The notes: generated by a model not told the origin, from the letters alone. 64,000 bases of DNA from an uncultured Bacillota bacterium (GCA_963804645.1 CAWDRG010000005.1:224001-288000), one strand, 5' to 3'; counted from the stretch's first letter, positions 23,548-34,864 are shown. Numbers and translations are program-made.

Positions 23548-24650
23548 GCACGCCCGGCGCGTTTGGACCGGCGGTCCAGCTGCTCGAGGACGGGGTCGGG
23601 CGCGCCTACCCCGGCGCCGTGCTCGCCGTCCTGTTCCGCGGCGAGATCGTGCTCCGCCGGGCCGTGGGGCTCGCGGCCCGGACGCCGGCTCCCAGACCGG
23701 CGCTCCCCACCACGATCTACGATCTCGCCTCGCTTACGAAGGTCGTGGCCACGACCCCGATGGTCCTGCAGGCGGCGGCGGAGGGGCGGCTCGCCCTCGA
23801 CGACCCTCTGCCGACCTATCTGCCGGAATGCCGCCACGATGGGGTGACGCTCCGACACCTGCTGTCCCACACGTCAGGCCTGCCGGCATGGATCCCCTTT
23901 TATCTCGACGCGCGCGGCCGCGGCGAGATCGTCGCACGGGCGGCCGCGACCCCGCGTGTCCATCCCCCGGGCACGCAGGTCGTGTACAGCGACCTCGGGT
24001 TTATCCTGCTCGGCGAGGTCGCGCGCCGAACGCTCGGCGCCCCACTCGACCGGCTCGCGCGTGACCGAGTGACCGGCCCGCTCGGCATGGTCGATACCGG
24101 CTACCTGCCCTCGCCCGCCCTGCTGGACCGGATCGCACCGACCGAGGACGGGACCGTGATCGAGCAGGAGATGGCCGGCACGGCGGGCGTCCGGCACACG
24201 TGGCGCAAGACGCTGATCTGGGGCGAGGTCCACGACAGCAACGCGCACGCGATGGGCGGGGTCTCCGGCCACGCGGGGCTGTTCGGGACCGCCGACGACC
24301 TGCTCGCCTACGCGCGCATGTGGCTCACCGAGGACCCCCGGGGCGTGGTGCTGACCCCCACGCTCGTGCGCGACGCGATCTCGCCGGCGACGTCCGGCCC
24401 CGCCGCGCGGGGACTGGGCTGGGCGCTCGCGGGCACGCAGGCCTGGTGGGGAGACGACCTCTCCCCGCGCGCGTACGGGCACACCGGCTTCACGGGTACC
24501 GCGATCGTCATCGATCCCGAGCGGGCGCTCGCGATCGTCCTGCTGGCGAACGCGATCCACCTCGGCCGCGACCGTACGGAGATCCTGGCGCTTCGGCCCC
24601 GCATCGCGTCCGCCGTGTCACGCGCGCTGCCGCAGTCCGGCGCGCGCTGA
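23544..24650 (+). CDS. Beta-lactamase-fold serine hydrolase (AmiE-like amidase candidate)
   Basis: SxxK (ASLTK), LLSHTSG, YSD, GHAGLF, GHTGFTG; follows murQ and anmK. Confidence 0.85.
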   Translation: MSTPGAFGPAVQLLEDGVGRAYPGAVLAVLFRGEIVLRRAVGLAARTPAPRPALPTTIYDLASLTKVVATTPMVLQAAAEGRLALDDPLPTYLPECRHDGVTLRHLLSHTSGLPAWIPFYLDARGRGEIVARAAATPRVHPPGTQVVYSDLGFILLGEVARRTLGAPLDRLARDRVTGPLGMVDTGYLPSPALLDRIAPTEDGTVIEQEMAGTAGVRHTWRKTLIWGEVHDSNAHAMGGVSGHAGLFGTADDLLAYARMWLTEDPRGVVLTPTLVRDAISPATSGPAARGLGWALAGTQAWWGDDLSPRAYGHTGFTGTAIVIDPERALAIVLLANAIHLGRDRTEILALRPRIASAVSRALPQSGAR

Positions 24651-24846
24651 CGTGCGTTACCTGCACGCACGCTGACGGGGATCGCGGATCCGGAACGGCC
24701 GCTCCCCCGGCCGGGCAGACGCCGCACCACGCCGACGCGAAATACTCCTGCCGCCTGATAGTCGACAGAATCCACGAACCGGTAGCATGGGCCATATGAG
24801 CCACGGCGGGGCACCTCGATCGCTGTTCGCTCGGGAGGTCCGTTCG

Positions 24847-25260
24847 ATGCCGGCCCGCGTCGTCATTACCCCGCGTGCGGCGGCACTGGTCCGCCGCCTG
24901 CAGGAGCAATACGGTCCGCTGATGTTCCATCAGTCCGGCGGGTGCTGCGATGGCAGCGCGCCGATGTGCTTCCGCCGAGATCAGTTCCGCGTCGGCGGCG
25001 GGGATGTGCTGCTCGGCGTCATCGAAGGCTGCCCGTTCTATATCGGCGGGGCGCAGTTCGAGGCCTGGGCGTGCTCGCAGCTGATCATCGACGTCGGATC
25101 GGCCGGGGGTGACAGCTTCTCCCTGGAAGTCCCGGAGGGCGTGCGCTTTGTCACCCGGTCTCGGATTTTGACGGACGCGGAGGTGGCGGAACTCGACGCC
25201 GGGGGCCCTCCTCCACGCGGGCCTGAGGCGCCGCGCGCCGCGCCGGCGCACCCGCGCTGA
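24847..25260 (+). CDS. DUF779 family protein
   Basis: [27 protein letters not shown]; a family typically linked to AldB. Confidence 0.9.
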   Translation: MPARVVITPRAAALVRRLQEQYGPLMFHQSGGCCDGSAPMCFRRDQFRVGGGDVLLGVIEGCPFYIGGAQFEAWACSQLIIDVGSAGGDSFSLEVPEGVRFVTRSRILTDAEVAELDAGGPPPRGPEAPRAAPAHPR

Positions 25261-25456
25261 ACGACCGGCGTCGACGCGTTCGGCGCACAGCAGCCCAGAC
25301 GCCCGGCGATCGGCCCCCCGCCACAAATACATCCGCCGCCTCATTTCCTGCGGCCGCCGCACCGTGTACCCTAGGGTGGGACGCGAATATCGCCCCTACG
25401 CCGCGCATGGGAAGGAGGAATGCCCTGGCTCGACGGTCCGAAAGGAGGACGCGGTC

Positions 25457-26992
25457 ATGTCGATGCAAACGCTCCCTCGCAATACCCTCGACCCTGCCCG
25501 CGCGCAACTCAAGCTGAAGGCGCGCTACGACAACTTCATCGGCGGCCGATGGACGGCGCCGACCAAGGGACAGTACTTCACCGATACCAGCCCGGTCAAC
25601 GGAACGCCCCTCTGTGAGGTCGCGCGGTCGACCGCCGAGGACGTTGAGCTCGCCCTCGACGCCGCGCACGCCGCCAAGGATGCCTGGGGACGTACCGCCC
25701 CGGCGGTTCGAGCGCAGCTCATGAACACGATCGCCGACCGGATCGACGCGGGGCTCGAGCTCCTCGCGCTCGCCGAGACGATCGATAACGGCAAGCCGAT
25801 CCGGGAGACCCGCGCCGCCGACGTGCCGCTGGCCGCGGATCACTTCCGCTACTTCGCCGGCTGCATCCGTGCGGAGGAAGGTACGCTGGCCGAACTCGAC
25901 AACGACACCGTCGCCTATCACTTCCACGAGCCGCTGGGCGTGGTCGGGCAGATCATCCCGTGGAATTTCCCCCTCCTGATGGCGGCGTGGAAGATGGCCC
26001 CGGCCCTGGTCGCCGGCAACTGCGTGGTGATCAAGCCGGCCTCAGAGACGCCGCTGAGCCTCGCGCTGCTGATGGAAATGATCGGCGATGTGCTGCCCCC
26101 CGGCGTGCTCAATGTCGTGAACGGGTACGGGACGGAGGTCGGCACGCCCCTCGCGTCGAGCCCGCGCATCGCGAAGATCGCGTTCACCGGCGAGACAACG
26201 ACGGGCCGGTTGATCATGCAGTACGCGTCGGAGAACCTGATCCCAATGACACTCGAGCTCGGCGGCAAGTCGCCGAATATCTTCCTGGCCGACGTGATGG
26301 ACGCCGACGATGCGTTCCTCGACAAGGCGTTGGAAGGCTTCGCCTTGTTCGCGTTCAACAAGGGCGAAGTGTGCACGTGCCCGTCGCGCGCCCTGATCCA
26401 GGAGTCGATCTTCGACAAGTTCATGGAGCGCGCCGTCGCCCGGGTCGCCAGGATGACGCAGGGCAACCCCCTCGACCCCACGACCATGGTGGGCGCCCAG
26501 AACTCGAAGGGCCAGCTCGAAAAGATCCTCCATTACATCGATGTCGGGAAGCAGGAAGGTGCCCGCTGCGCGATCGGCGGTGAACGCGCCTATCCCGGCG
26601 GCGATCTCGACACCGGCTACTATGTGAAGCCGACGGTGTTCGTCGGCCACAACAAGATGCGGGTCTTCCAGGAAGAGATCTTCGGCCCAGTCCTCTCGGT
26701 GACGACGTTCAAGACCGTGGACGAAGCGATTGCCATCGGCAACGACACGGTCTACGGATTGGGCGCCGGCGTGTGGTCGCGCGACGGCACCAACGCCTAC
26801 CGCGTCGGGCGGGAGATCAAGGCGGGCCGCGTCTGGACCAACTGCTACCACGTGTATCCGGCCCATGCGGCGTTCGGCGGGTACAAGCAGTCCGGGTTTG
26901 GCCGCGAGACGCACAAGATGATCCTGGACCACTACCAGCAGACCAAGAACCTGCTCGTCAGCTACAGTCCGAAGGCGATGGGGTTCTTCTAA
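25457..26992 (+). CDS. aldB: Aldehyde dehydrogenase (AldB/ExaC type)
   Basis: [47 protein letters not shown]. Confidence 0.92.
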   Translation: MSMQTLPRNTLDPARAQLKLKARYDNFIGGRWTAPTKGQYFTDTSPVNGTPLCEVARSTAEDVELALDAAHAAKDAWGRTAPAVRAQLMNTIADRIDAGLELLALAETIDNGKPIRETRAADVPLAADHFRYFAGCIRAEEGTLAELDNDTVAYHFHEPLGVVGQIIPWNFPLLMAAWKMAPALVAGNCVVIKPASETPLSLALLMEMIGDVLPPGVLNVVNGYGTEVGTPLASSPRIAKIAFTGETTTGRLIMQYASENLIPMTLELGGKSPNIFLADVMDADDAFLDKALEGFALFAFNKGEVCTCPSRALIQESIFDKFMERAVARVARMTQGNPLDPTTMVGAQNSKGQLEKILHYIDVGKQEGARCAIGGERAYPGGDLDTGYYVKPTVFVGHNKMRVFQEEIFGPVLSVTTFKTVDEAIAIGNDTVYGLGAGVWSRDGTNAYRVGREIKAGRVWTNCYHVYPAHAAFGGYKQSGFGRETHKMILDHYQQTKNLLVSYSPKAMGFF

Positions 26993-27005
26993 GCTGACGA
27001 TCTTT

Positions 27006-27049
27006 GCCGGTGCCGCGGGGGAGACGCCTCACGTCCCCGCGGCACCGGC
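27006..27049. terminator. 15-bp hairpin between convergent genes
   Basis: GCCGGTGCCGCGGGG-N14-CCCCGCGGCACCGGC between aldB and the aminotransferase; no clear U-tract. Confidence 0.55.
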
Positions 27050-27066
27050 ATGTTCCGGCGTGTCCG

Positions 27067-27963
27067 CTACCCGCGAGAGGCGCGGACCGTCTCGTCCGCG
27101 CTCGCCGCCAGGCGACGGTACGCCGCCAGCAAGGCGGCCGTGACCGGCCCCAGCTCTCCGGATCCAATGGTCCGGCCGTCGATCTCCACGACCGGGACGA
27201 GTTCCTGGACCGTGCCGGTCGTAAACACCTCATCCGCGGAATAGAAATCAAACAGAGAAAAGTCACCCTCGCGCGCCTGCCGCCCGCCGGCGCGGGCCAG
27301 CTCGAGCGTGACGCGCCGGGTGATCCCGTGCAGGCACGCGGTCGACCACGGCGTGGCCAGCGCACCGTCCCGGACCAGAAAGATGTTCGACGAATCGGTC
27401 TCGGCGATGAACCCGCGCCGGTCGAGCATCAGCGCGCCGTCCACCCCGGCCCGGTTGGCTTCCAGCTTCGCGAGAATGCTGTTCAGCTGATTCGCGCTGT
27501 GGATCCCAGGATCGAGGACGTCCGGTTCGGGCCGGCGGATCCCCACCGTCCGTAGCCGGATGCCCGAGGGCACCTCCGGCACGGGCTTCCGCTCCGGAAT
27601 GATCACGACCGTTGCGGCGCCGTCCACGTTCCGGGGATCCATGCCGGAGGTGCGCCGCTCGCCGCGGCTGACCATCAGGCGGATGTGCACCCCGTCGCGG
27701 AAGTCGTTGGCCCGCAGCGTCGCGTACACCGCGTCGCCGAGCGCGGCCCGGTCCATCAGGATCGCGATCTCCACGGCCTTCGCAGACCGGTACAGACGAT
27801 CCAGGTGCTCTGCGAGCTTGAACACCACCCCGTGGTAGAGCCGCAGGCCTTCCCAGACGGCATCGCCCGACTGGAACGACGCGTCGAACACCGAGACACA
27901 CGCGCGCGCGCGCGGCACGATGTTCCCGTCGACGTAGACGAGCAGTTCGGCCCCCTGCCCCAC
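27067..27963 (-). CDS. Class IV PLP aminotransferase-like protein (IlvE/D-amino acid transaminase family)
   Basis: GDAVWEGLR...HLDRL, SNIF, LHGITRR, ADEVFTTGT. Confidence 0.88.
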   Translation of the reverse strand: MGQGAELLVYVDGNIVPRARACVSVFDASFQSGDAVWEGLRLYHGVVFKLAEHLDRLYRSAKAVEIAILMDRAALGDAVYATLRANDFRDGVHIRLMVSRGERRTSGMDPRNVDGAATVVIIPERKPVPEVPSGIRLRTVGIRRPEPDVLDPGIHSANQLNSILAKLEANRAGVDGALMLDRRGFIAETDSSNIFLVRDGALATPWSTACLHGITRRVTLELARAGGRQAREGDFSLFDFYSADEVFTTGTVQELVPVVEIDGRTIGSGELGPVTAALLAAYRRLAASADETVRASRG

Positions 27964-28045
27964 CGCCGCACCTCGTGGCGATCGTCCAGCGGATCCCATC
28001 GCGTTCGGCGCTTCCGTCTTGGGGCTCGGACTTCCTCCACCGGCC

Positions 28046-29059
28046 TCACGGTGCCCGGACAAGATCGCCGGCGCCGGCGCGCGCGAGGATCTCATCGACG
28101 GTCACCGCGGCGCCGCGCCGGTCCGCCTCGATCGCCGCCTCGGTCACGGCGACATTGATCAATCCGGTCACGCCGTCGACCTCGGGGTCGCGCCCCTCGC
28201 GGACGCTCCTGGCGAAGTCGTCCAGTTCGTCACGCAGGGTGTCCACGGGATCGAGCCGGACCGGACGGGAGTCGCCCTTCGGGTCGTCGACGACGAGTCC
28301 GCTCTGCTGATCCCACCGGGCGTTGGCCGACGAGCCGAACAGGCGCACGGCACGGGCCAGCGGACTCACGTAGCTCGTCCCGACGACCCCGAGGGCGCCC
28401 GTACCGAACTCCAGCATCGTCACCGTGGTGTCCGGAATCTCGGCCGCGATCACGAGCCGCCGCTGCCACCCGAAGACCCGGCGCACCGGCCCCAGGAGGT
28501 ACTGCAGCGTATCGACCTCGTGCACGGCGAGCAGCGTGAGGGGGCCGCCCGGGGCGGCCGAGGCGCTCCACCGCCACTGATCCGGGCGGAGGCTGAGCCC
28601 GGCGTCCCGGGAGAAGTGGCCCTCGGCCAGCACGACGCGCCCCAGCACGCCGTCATCGAGCAGGCGGCGCATGGCGCGGACATGGGCATCGCGGCGGCTG
28701 TTGTGCCCGACGGCGAGGACCAGCCGGCGCGCGGCCGCGTCCTGGACGAGCACGGCGGCCTCGCGCACGGTGTTGGCCAACGGCTTCTCGATCAGGACAT
28801 GCTTGCCGGCCCCAAGCGCGGCCATCCCAAGCTCGACGTGCAGGGAATTCGGCGCCGCGATGATCACCGCCTCGAGCTCCGGGTGCGCCAAGAACCGCGT
28901 GAGGTCGTCGTACACGGCGTACCCCTCGACCGGAACGATCGGCGGCGGATAGACGGCCGCGATCTCAAGGATCCCAAGCCCGCTCGCCGCGGTCAGGCGC
29001 GCGCGGCCGAATCCGTCCGCGCCAATGAGCCCTGCCCTCAGCGGTCGGAGGTCGCCCAT
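28046..29059 (-). CDS. Gfo/Idh/MocA family oxidoreductase
   Basis: GLIGADGFG, PNSLH, GKHVLIEKP, VHEVD. Confidence 0.9.
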   Translation of the reverse strand: MGDLRPLRAGLIGADGFGRARLTAASGLGILEIAAVYPPPIVPVEGYAVYDDLTRFLAHPELEAVIIAAPNSLHVELGMAALGAGKHVLIEKPLANTVREAAVLVQDAAARRLVLAVGHNSRRDAHVRAMRRLLDDGVLGRVVLAEGHFSRDAGLSLRPDQWRWSASAAPGGPLTLLAVHEVDTLQYLLGPVRRVFGWQRRLVIAAEIPDTTVTMLEFGTGALGVVGTSYVSPLARAVRLFGSSANARWDQQSGLVVDDPKGDSRPVRLDPVDTLRDELDDFARSVREGRDPEVDGVTGLINVAVTEAAIEADRRGAAVTVDEILARAGAGDLVRAP

Positions 29060-31725
29060 CCCTTGACCAAGTCCAGATGGAGACGTTCGATCGGCGACGC
29101 GATGTCCATTGCCGCCGCACCCATCGGCGTGTGGGTGTAGAGATTGTCGTAGTGCGGGAAGGCAGTGGGATCGAACGGCCGCCCGTCGACCACGAGCGGC
29201 CCCGTCCACGCCAGTTCGAGCGCGCGCCCACTCGGGGTGCTCCAGGAGACGCGCCCATCCGCGATCCGCGGGGCATGCGCCCGCATCGTCCGGCAGAACT
29301 GTCCGAACTCGCCGTCGGTGGCGGCCCGCGCCGCCCGGCACGCCCACGCCCGTCCGGGGCCGGCGCTGCGCAGCTCCTGGGCCGTATGCGGTCCCGCCGC
29401 CGTCAGCCGCAGGTCGCCGTCGCCCCACAGCCCCACGTAGCCACGGTGGACCCGGGCGAAGGCCCAGGGTCCGTCGAGGACGTACTCGTCGAACGTCTCG
29501 CTGGGAAAGTAGGCGTGCGTGAATGGCAGCCCGCCGCCGAGTGAGAGATCATAGACGCAGAGCACCGCGTCGTCGGCCATGGTCACGCGCGGCAGCCGGG
29601 CCGAGCCGGCCCAAAAATTGGGCCGCGCGTTCTCGTGCTCCTGGCTGTTGCCGGGATGGGTGGTGAAGACGACCGCGTCGGGACCGAGCGTCGCCTGCCA
29701 CAGATGCTCCTGGATGCCCACGGCGCCCGGCCGCTGGTCGAGGGCCGCTGCGAGCATAAAATCGGGCGTCCGACGAGTCAGCGTGCTCACCTGCCAGTGC
29801 TCGCGCCGCAGGTCGTACTGAGCTCGAAACCGGCCCGCCGAGTGCGCCCGCGTCACGAGGAGCTCGGGGAGATCGGCCCCGATCCACTGCAGGGCGTCGG
29901 GGACGCGGTACCGCCGCGCCAGCGACAACAGCCCGGTCGCGCGGACTTCCGCCCCAAAGCCGCCGAGGCCCCAGGCGATGCGCTGCAGCCCGGAGGTGTT
30001 CTCGGCACGCGCGGTCTTGAGCGACGCCACGTAGGTGCGTCCGTGGCTCGCGCCGTGCACGCCGCGCCACGACTGGCACGCGAGGACGAAGAAGATCTTG
30101 TGGAGCATCGCCGTCGCCATGCGGCGCAGGAGGTCGTTCGCCGCGAACTCCGCGAGGGCGAGCATCGCGTAGGCGTCCAGCGCGAGATACGTGTTGGAAT
30201 CCCATTCGGAGAAGCCGCCCCGCAGCCTCCGCACGATCCATTCGCGAATCCTCGGCTTGGCACGCCGCATCTGCGCGCGGCCGGTCCAGCCGCTGTTGTC
30301 GAAGACGACGTCGGGCCACCGCTGGCCGGCCAGGTAGGCCGCGACGTGAAACAGGATCTGATGATTCTCGGTATGGTAGCACATCCCGTCGACGCCGGGC
30401 TCGTCGATCCAGAACTTGAAGCCGCGGAACGCCGCCTCGATGCGACGATGGTCGGCGGGGCGCAGGGCCGTGGGGTCGGCGAGGCGGTGCAGCAGCGCCA
30501 GCAGGTCGACCGCGTAGAAATCCGCGCAGTCGCAGCGGTGCTCGAGGAACTCGCACGCCAGCCCGACCGCCTCCGGCTCGACGAGGCGCGCACGCCCGAG
30601 TTCCACGGCCGCGAGGGCCCCCACCACCTGCGTCGGCATCAGCGCGGCGTGGGCGAGCCCCTCGCGGCGGCGCGCGTCGTAGGGATCGGCCGCGGGCTCT
30701 GCGGACGCTCGGGCCCCGTCGGCCTGCAGCCAGATCTCGCGTTCGACGCGGAACGGCGTCCCGTCGGACGGACTCAGCCGAAGCCGCCAGCCTTTCTCGA
30801 AGGGAAGGGCGGCGCGGTCGTCCCCGGAGGCACGGCTTGAGAGGCTCGCCGCCTCTCCCGGGGCGACCCGCAGTTGCGCCGACGCAATCGGACGCTCGGG
30901 CTGCCGCATCCCGCGGTCGCCGGGGAACACCGTGTGCGGCGGCGACGGCACCACCTCCGCGAGGACGTCCAGGGGCACCGGCGCCGCGCGGTCGAGCCAG
31001 AACCGCACGGCCCGGTCCGAAAACTCGAACCGCCGCACCGAGAGCCGCGACATCTCCTCCGCCGCGCGCCCCCACCGGGGGGCCGGCACCCCGCCGAGCG
31101 GCAGCCCCGTCAGCACCTGCGCCGGCACGCGCACCCGCAGGCCCAGCGCCAGCCGTGCCTCACGCCATCCGATCATGCGGCCGTGCACCCACAGGTCGTT
31201 CCAGCCGGCCGACAGCGGCAGGACCAGCGGGACGGCCTGGGGCTGGACGTACTCAAATCGGGTGTGCGCGAGAATCCGCACGCCGTTCAGCCACACCTGC
31301 GCCGGGCCGACCGTGAGCAGGTCGCCGGCCGCCTCCTGCGCGGTCTCGGCCACGAGGCCGGCATATGTCCAAGCGTCCATCCGCGTCGGGGAGAAGTTGA
31401 AGAGGCTGAAATCGACGACCTGATCCTCGTCGGTCGCCGCGTAGTCCCATCGCGTCCCCGGGGCCGGCCCCTCTCCGAACAGCGCCGGACGGCCCCCGGG
31501 TCGCCACTCCTCAGGCGGCAGCCATTGGTCGACCTGCACTTTGAGCCCGAGCGAATCGGGCGCGTTGCTAATGGCCCACCGGCCGTCGCGGCCGAACGGC
31601 GATCCGTCCGGCCGAATGACTTCCCGGAGGTTCGTCAGGAAGGTACTCACGGGGCCGGACCGCAGCCAGTGCCGAATCTCTCCCGCCGTGCCGAGGGCGT
31701 AGTGCATCGAGGCGGCCTCGGTCAT
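29038..31725 (-). CDS. Large hypothetical protein (895 aa) in the sugar-utilisation operon
   Basis: Long GC3-biased ORF with GGAG RBS, overlapping the next gene; motif-like DCADF, TENHQI, GFSEWDSNTY. Confidence 0.85.
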   Translation of the reverse strand: MTEAASMHYALGTAGEIRHWLRSGPVSTFLTNLREVIRPDGSPFGRDGRWAISNAPDSLGLKVQVDQWLPPEEWRPGGRPALFGEGPAPGTRWDYAATDEDQVVDFSLFNFSPTRMDAWTYAGLVAETAQEAAGDLLTVGPAQVWLNGVRILAHTRFEYVQPQAVPLVLPLSAGWNDLWVHGRMIGWREARLALGLRVRVPAQVLTGLPLGGVPAPRWGRAAEEMSRLSVRRFEFSDRAVRFWLDRAAPVPLDVLAEVVPSPPHTVFPGDRGMRQPERPIASAQLRVAPGEAASLSSRASGDDRAALPFEKGWRLRLSPSDGTPFRVEREIWLQADGARASAEPAADPYDARRREGLAHAALMPTQVVGALAAVELGRARLVEPEAVGLACEFLEHRCDCADFYAVDLLALLHRLADPTALRPADHRRIEAAFRGFKFWIDEPGVDGMCYHTENHQILFHVAAYLAGQRWPDVVFDNSGWTGRAQMRRAKPRIREWIVRRLRGGFSEWDSNTYLALDAYAMLALAEFAANDLLRRMATAMLHKIFFVLACQSWRGVHGASHGRTYVASLKTARAENTSGLQRIAWGLGGFGAEVRATGLLSLARRYRVPDALQWIGADLPELLVTRAHSAGRFRAQYDLRREHWQVSTLTRRTPDFMLAAALDQRPGAVGIQEHLWQATLGPDAVVFTTHPGNSQEHENARPNFWAGSARLPRVTMADDAVLCVYDLSLGGGLPFTHAYFPSETFDEYVLDGPWAFARVHRGYVGLWGDGDLRLTAAGPHTAQELRSAGPGRAWACRAARAATDGEFGQFCRTMRAHAPRIADGRVSWSTPSGRALELAWTGPLVVDGRPFDPTAFPHYDNLYTHTPMGAAAMDIASPIERLHLDLVKGWATSDR

Positions 31726-31762
31726 GGTGCTCCCATCGCACGCACATCCGGCGCGCGGGGCG

Positions 31763-32593
31763 TCATCCCTTGATGCCGGTCGCGGCGATCCCGCTGACGA
31801 GATACCGCTGCAGGACGGCGAACACGATCGTGAGCGGCACCATGGTCAAGACCGTGAGGGCCAGGAGGGAGTTCCAATCGGTCACGAGCGATCCGCTGAA
31901 CTGGGCGAGCCCGAGCTGCAACGTGTACAGGTTCGGATTGTTGATCACGATCAGCGGCCAGAGGAAGTCGTTCCACCGCCACACCACCGAGAAGATGGCG
32001 AGCACGGCCAGCGCGGGCGTCGCCAGGGGAAGGATGATGCGGGCAAAGATCCGCCACTCCCCCGCCCCGTCGATGCGGGCCGCCTCGATCAATTCGTCCG
32101 GGATCGTGACCATGTACTGGCGCAGCAGAAACACGCCGGTCGGCGTCGCCGACGGAGGGATGATGATCCCCCACAGCGTGTTCACGAGGCCGAGCTTCGC
32201 GAGCGTCAGGTACACGGGGACCATGATGGCCTGCAGCGGAATCATCAGCGTCCCCAGCATGATGAGAAAGATGAGGTCCCGCCCGCGGAACGAGTATTTG
32301 CTCAGCGCGAACGCCGCCATGGAGTTAATGGCGAGCGTCAGCACCGTGGCCGCCACCGTCACCGTCAGGCTGTTGATGAGATCGCGCACGAACGGGAAGC
32401 TGTGGATGGCGTTGGTGTAGTTCGAGATCATCCACTGGCTCGGCCAGAGGGGCGGCGGAATCTTATAGATCTCTTGGAGCGATTTGAAGGACGAGCTGAC
32501 CACCCAGAGCACCGGGAGGAACATGATGACGACCCCGGCCACCAGCGCCAGGTAGGTCAGGCTCATGGCGAACAGCGACGGTCGGCTTCTCAT
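31763..32593 (-). CDS. Carbohydrate ABC permease (MalG-like)
   Basis: IPDELIEAARIDGA, WNDFLWP. Confidence 0.93.
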   Translation of the reverse strand: MRSRPSLFAMSLTYLALVAGVVIMFLPVLWVVSSSFKSLQEIYKIPPPLWPSQWMISNYTNAIHSFPFVRDLINSLTVTVAATVLTLAINSMAAFALSKYSFRGRDLIFLIMLGTLMIPLQAIMVPVYLTLAKLGLVNTLWGIIIPPSATPTGVFLLRQYMVTIPDELIEAARIDGAGEWRIFARIILPLATPALAVLAIFSVVWRWNDFLWPLIVINNPNLYTLQLGLAQFSGSLVTDWNSLLALTVLTMVPLTIVFAVLQRYLVSGIAATGIKG

Positions 32594-32642
32594 CGCGCGC
32601 CTCCCGCCGGCCCGCGGGGGGCCGGGTCGCGGTGTCCCCGCA

Positions 32643-33572
32643 TCAGATCGCCTCGCCCAGGCGCCCCATGAGGTACTGGAGGCCCGTTAGGATGCCGAGC
32701 ACGATCACGAGGAGGAGCGATGCCGCCGCTGCGAGGCCGAACTCGGTCTGCTGAAACGCCGCGCGATAGATGTACTGCACGATCATGAGGGTCGAGAACC
32801 CCGGCCCGCCCCCCGTCAGCACATAGATGTACTCAAAGGCCTGGAACGCGCGGATCGTCCCGAGAATGAACACGACCACCAGCGACGGCGTCAAGAGCGG
32901 CAGCGTCACAAACAGGAGGGTGTTCCAGCGGCTCGCGCCGTCGACCTCGGCGGCCTCGTACAGCGCGGGCTGGATGGCCTGCAGTCCCGCGAGCAGGATC
33001 AGGGCGAAGAACCCCACAGTCGCCCACACGTTGCTGATGATCACCCAGTCCATGGCGTACCCGGGCCGCAGCAGCCACGGCTGAATGGGCAGGCCGATCA
33101 TCCGTAGGAACGCGTTCAACAGACCGTACTGGGTGTTCAGCACCCAGCGCCAGATCTCCGCGACGATGACGGGCGAGAGCAGAAACGGGTAGAAGAAAAT
33201 GCCGCGGAAGAACCCCCGGGCGCGGATGGGGCCGTTCAGCAGCAGCGCGATCGCCAGCGCAAAGAACATGGTGAACACCATGTCTCCCACGACGAACACG
33301 GCCGTATTCCGGGACGCGCTCCAGAAGACGTCGTCGCGACCCATCTCGGCGAAGTTGCCGAGACCGACCCACACGGGCGGCGTCGCGAGCGTGACGCGAA
33401 ACAGGCTCAGATAAAAATTGTAGAGTGCGGGGATAATGATGAATACGCCGAACACGAGGACGTTCGGCCCGAGGAACAGCAGCGGCGCGTACCACGGCCA
33501 CGCGTGCCTGCGGCCAGCGGCGGGACGGGCCCGAGGATCCGGACCCGTTCCGCGCGCTGCCTGTACGGCCAC
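32643..33572 (-). CDS. Carbohydrate ABC permease (MalF-like)
   Basis: LYEAAEVDGA, LTGGGP. Confidence 0.93.
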   Translation of the reverse strand: MAVQAARGTGPDPRARPAAGRRHAWPWYAPLLFLGPNVLVFGVFIIIPALYNFYLSLFRVTLATPPVWVGLGNFAEMGRDDVFWSASRNTAVFVVGDMVFTMFFALAIALLLNGPIRARGFFRGIFFYPFLLSPVIVAEIWRWVLNTQYGLLNAFLRMIGLPIQPWLLRPGYAMDWVIISNVWATVGFFALILLAGLQAIQPALYEAAEVDGASRWNTLLFVTLPLLTPSLVVVFILGTIRAFQAFEYIYVLTGGGPGFSTLMIVQYIYRAAFQQTEFGLAAAASLLLVIVLGILTGLQYLMGRLGEAI

Positions 33573-33583
33573 GCCCGCGCTCC

Positions 33584-34840
33584 TTATTTGATCAGGTCTT
33601 GAGCTTTGGCCTGGGCCGCGTCCAGCGCCTGCTGGACCGTGAGCTGGCCGATGATCGCCTGCGTCACCCGGTCGCGCACCTCGTCGGCGACCTGCTGGAA
33701 ATGCCGGTTGTAGTTGTCGGTGTACGCCGACTTGGGCATCATGGCGATGCCCTTGATGAACGTGTTCATGTCATCGTTGCCGGCCGCGTACTTCACGCCG
33801 CTCTGCAGCAGATCCAAGCGGGTCGGCAGCAGATAGGCCTCTTGATCGTAGGCTTCCATCGAGGCCTTGCTCCCCAGGTACTCCATGAACCGGGCGAGCT
33901 TGGCGGGCGCCTTGCTGCTCTTGAACGCGACCAGGAAGTTCCCGCCGGGCATCCCGCCGCACTGGACCTGGCACGCGTTGAGCACGACCTGCCAGTCAAA
34001 CTTGCTGCCGATCGTGTCCTGGAAGAACGACATCTGCCAGTTGCCCGAGATATAGAACACGAGCTGCTGATTCACGAACAGCTGCCGCGCATCGGCGTAC
34101 CCGGACCCCCCGCCCGCCCAGACTTCGAGCGGCATGGCCCCGTTCTTGTTCACATCGACGAAAAAGTTGACCGCCTGCAGGTTCGCCGGACTGGTGATCC
34201 GCACGCCCTTGCCGTCGGGCGTAAAGTAGCCGCCGCCGTAGGATTGGATGAACCCGTCGAGCCGGTGTCCGCTCCGATCCAGCGCCGCCGCGTACGGCAC
34301 GCCGGCGGCCTTCGCGACTTTGGTCGCGAGGTCCATCCAGGTCGCCCACGAGACCTTGTCGCCCTTCGGGAGGGCCAGTCCGGCCTTCTTGACGAGCGTC
34401 AGGTTGATGAACGGACCGTTCATCGTGAGGTCGTGGGGGAATCCGAACACCGCCCCGCTCGGCAGCGTCGTCAGCGACATCGCCCCCGGGAGGAACTGCT
34501 TGGCAAACGACTTATCCTGGAAGTAGGGCCTGAGGTCCAGGGCATAGTTGTCGTACAGGTACGGCGCGGTGACCCGCGCGAGGTCGGGCGCCTGCCCGGC
34601 CGACGCCTGCGTGGTCAACAGGGTGTCCAGGTTCGCGAACGGGACCACCGACAACTCGACCTTGGTATCGGGATTCTGAGAGTTGTAGACGCTCACGAGC
34701 GCCTGGATGGCCGGCAGGTCCGAGCCGTTGGTGTACCAGACGAAGCGCAGGGTATCCACCGTCGGGGCGGCGGTGCCCATTCCAATCGATGCCGCCACGA
34801 GGCTGACGATGGCAAGGCCGACCAGAAGCAGCCGTCTCAT
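33584..34840 (-). CDS. Carbohydrate ABC substrate-binding protein
   Basis: Signal peptide, family-1 SBP features, directly upstream of the permeases. Confidence 0.9.
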   Translation of the reverse strand: MRRLLLVGLAIVSLVAASIGMGTAAPTVDTLRFVWYTNGSDLPAIQALVSVYNSQNPDTKVELSVVPFANLDTLLTTQASAGQAPDLARVTAPYLYDNYALDLRPYFQDKSFAKQFLPGAMSLTTLPSGAVFGFPHDLTMNGPFINLTLVKKAGLALPKGDKVSWATWMDLATKVAKAAGVPYAAALDRSGHRLDGFIQSYGGGYFTPDGKGVRITSPANLQAVNFFVDVNKNGAMPLEVWAGGGSGYADARQLFVNQQLVFYISGNWQMSFFQDTIGSKFDWQVVLNACQVQCGGMPGGNFLVAFKSSKAPAKLARFMEYLGSKASMEAYDQEAYLLPTRLDLLQSGVKYAAGNDDMNTFIKGIAMMPKSAYTDNYNRHFQQVADEVRDRVTQAIIGQLTVQQALDAAQAKAQDLIK

Positions 34841-34864
34841 AGTTCCCCTCCCTTATTTCGCGAC

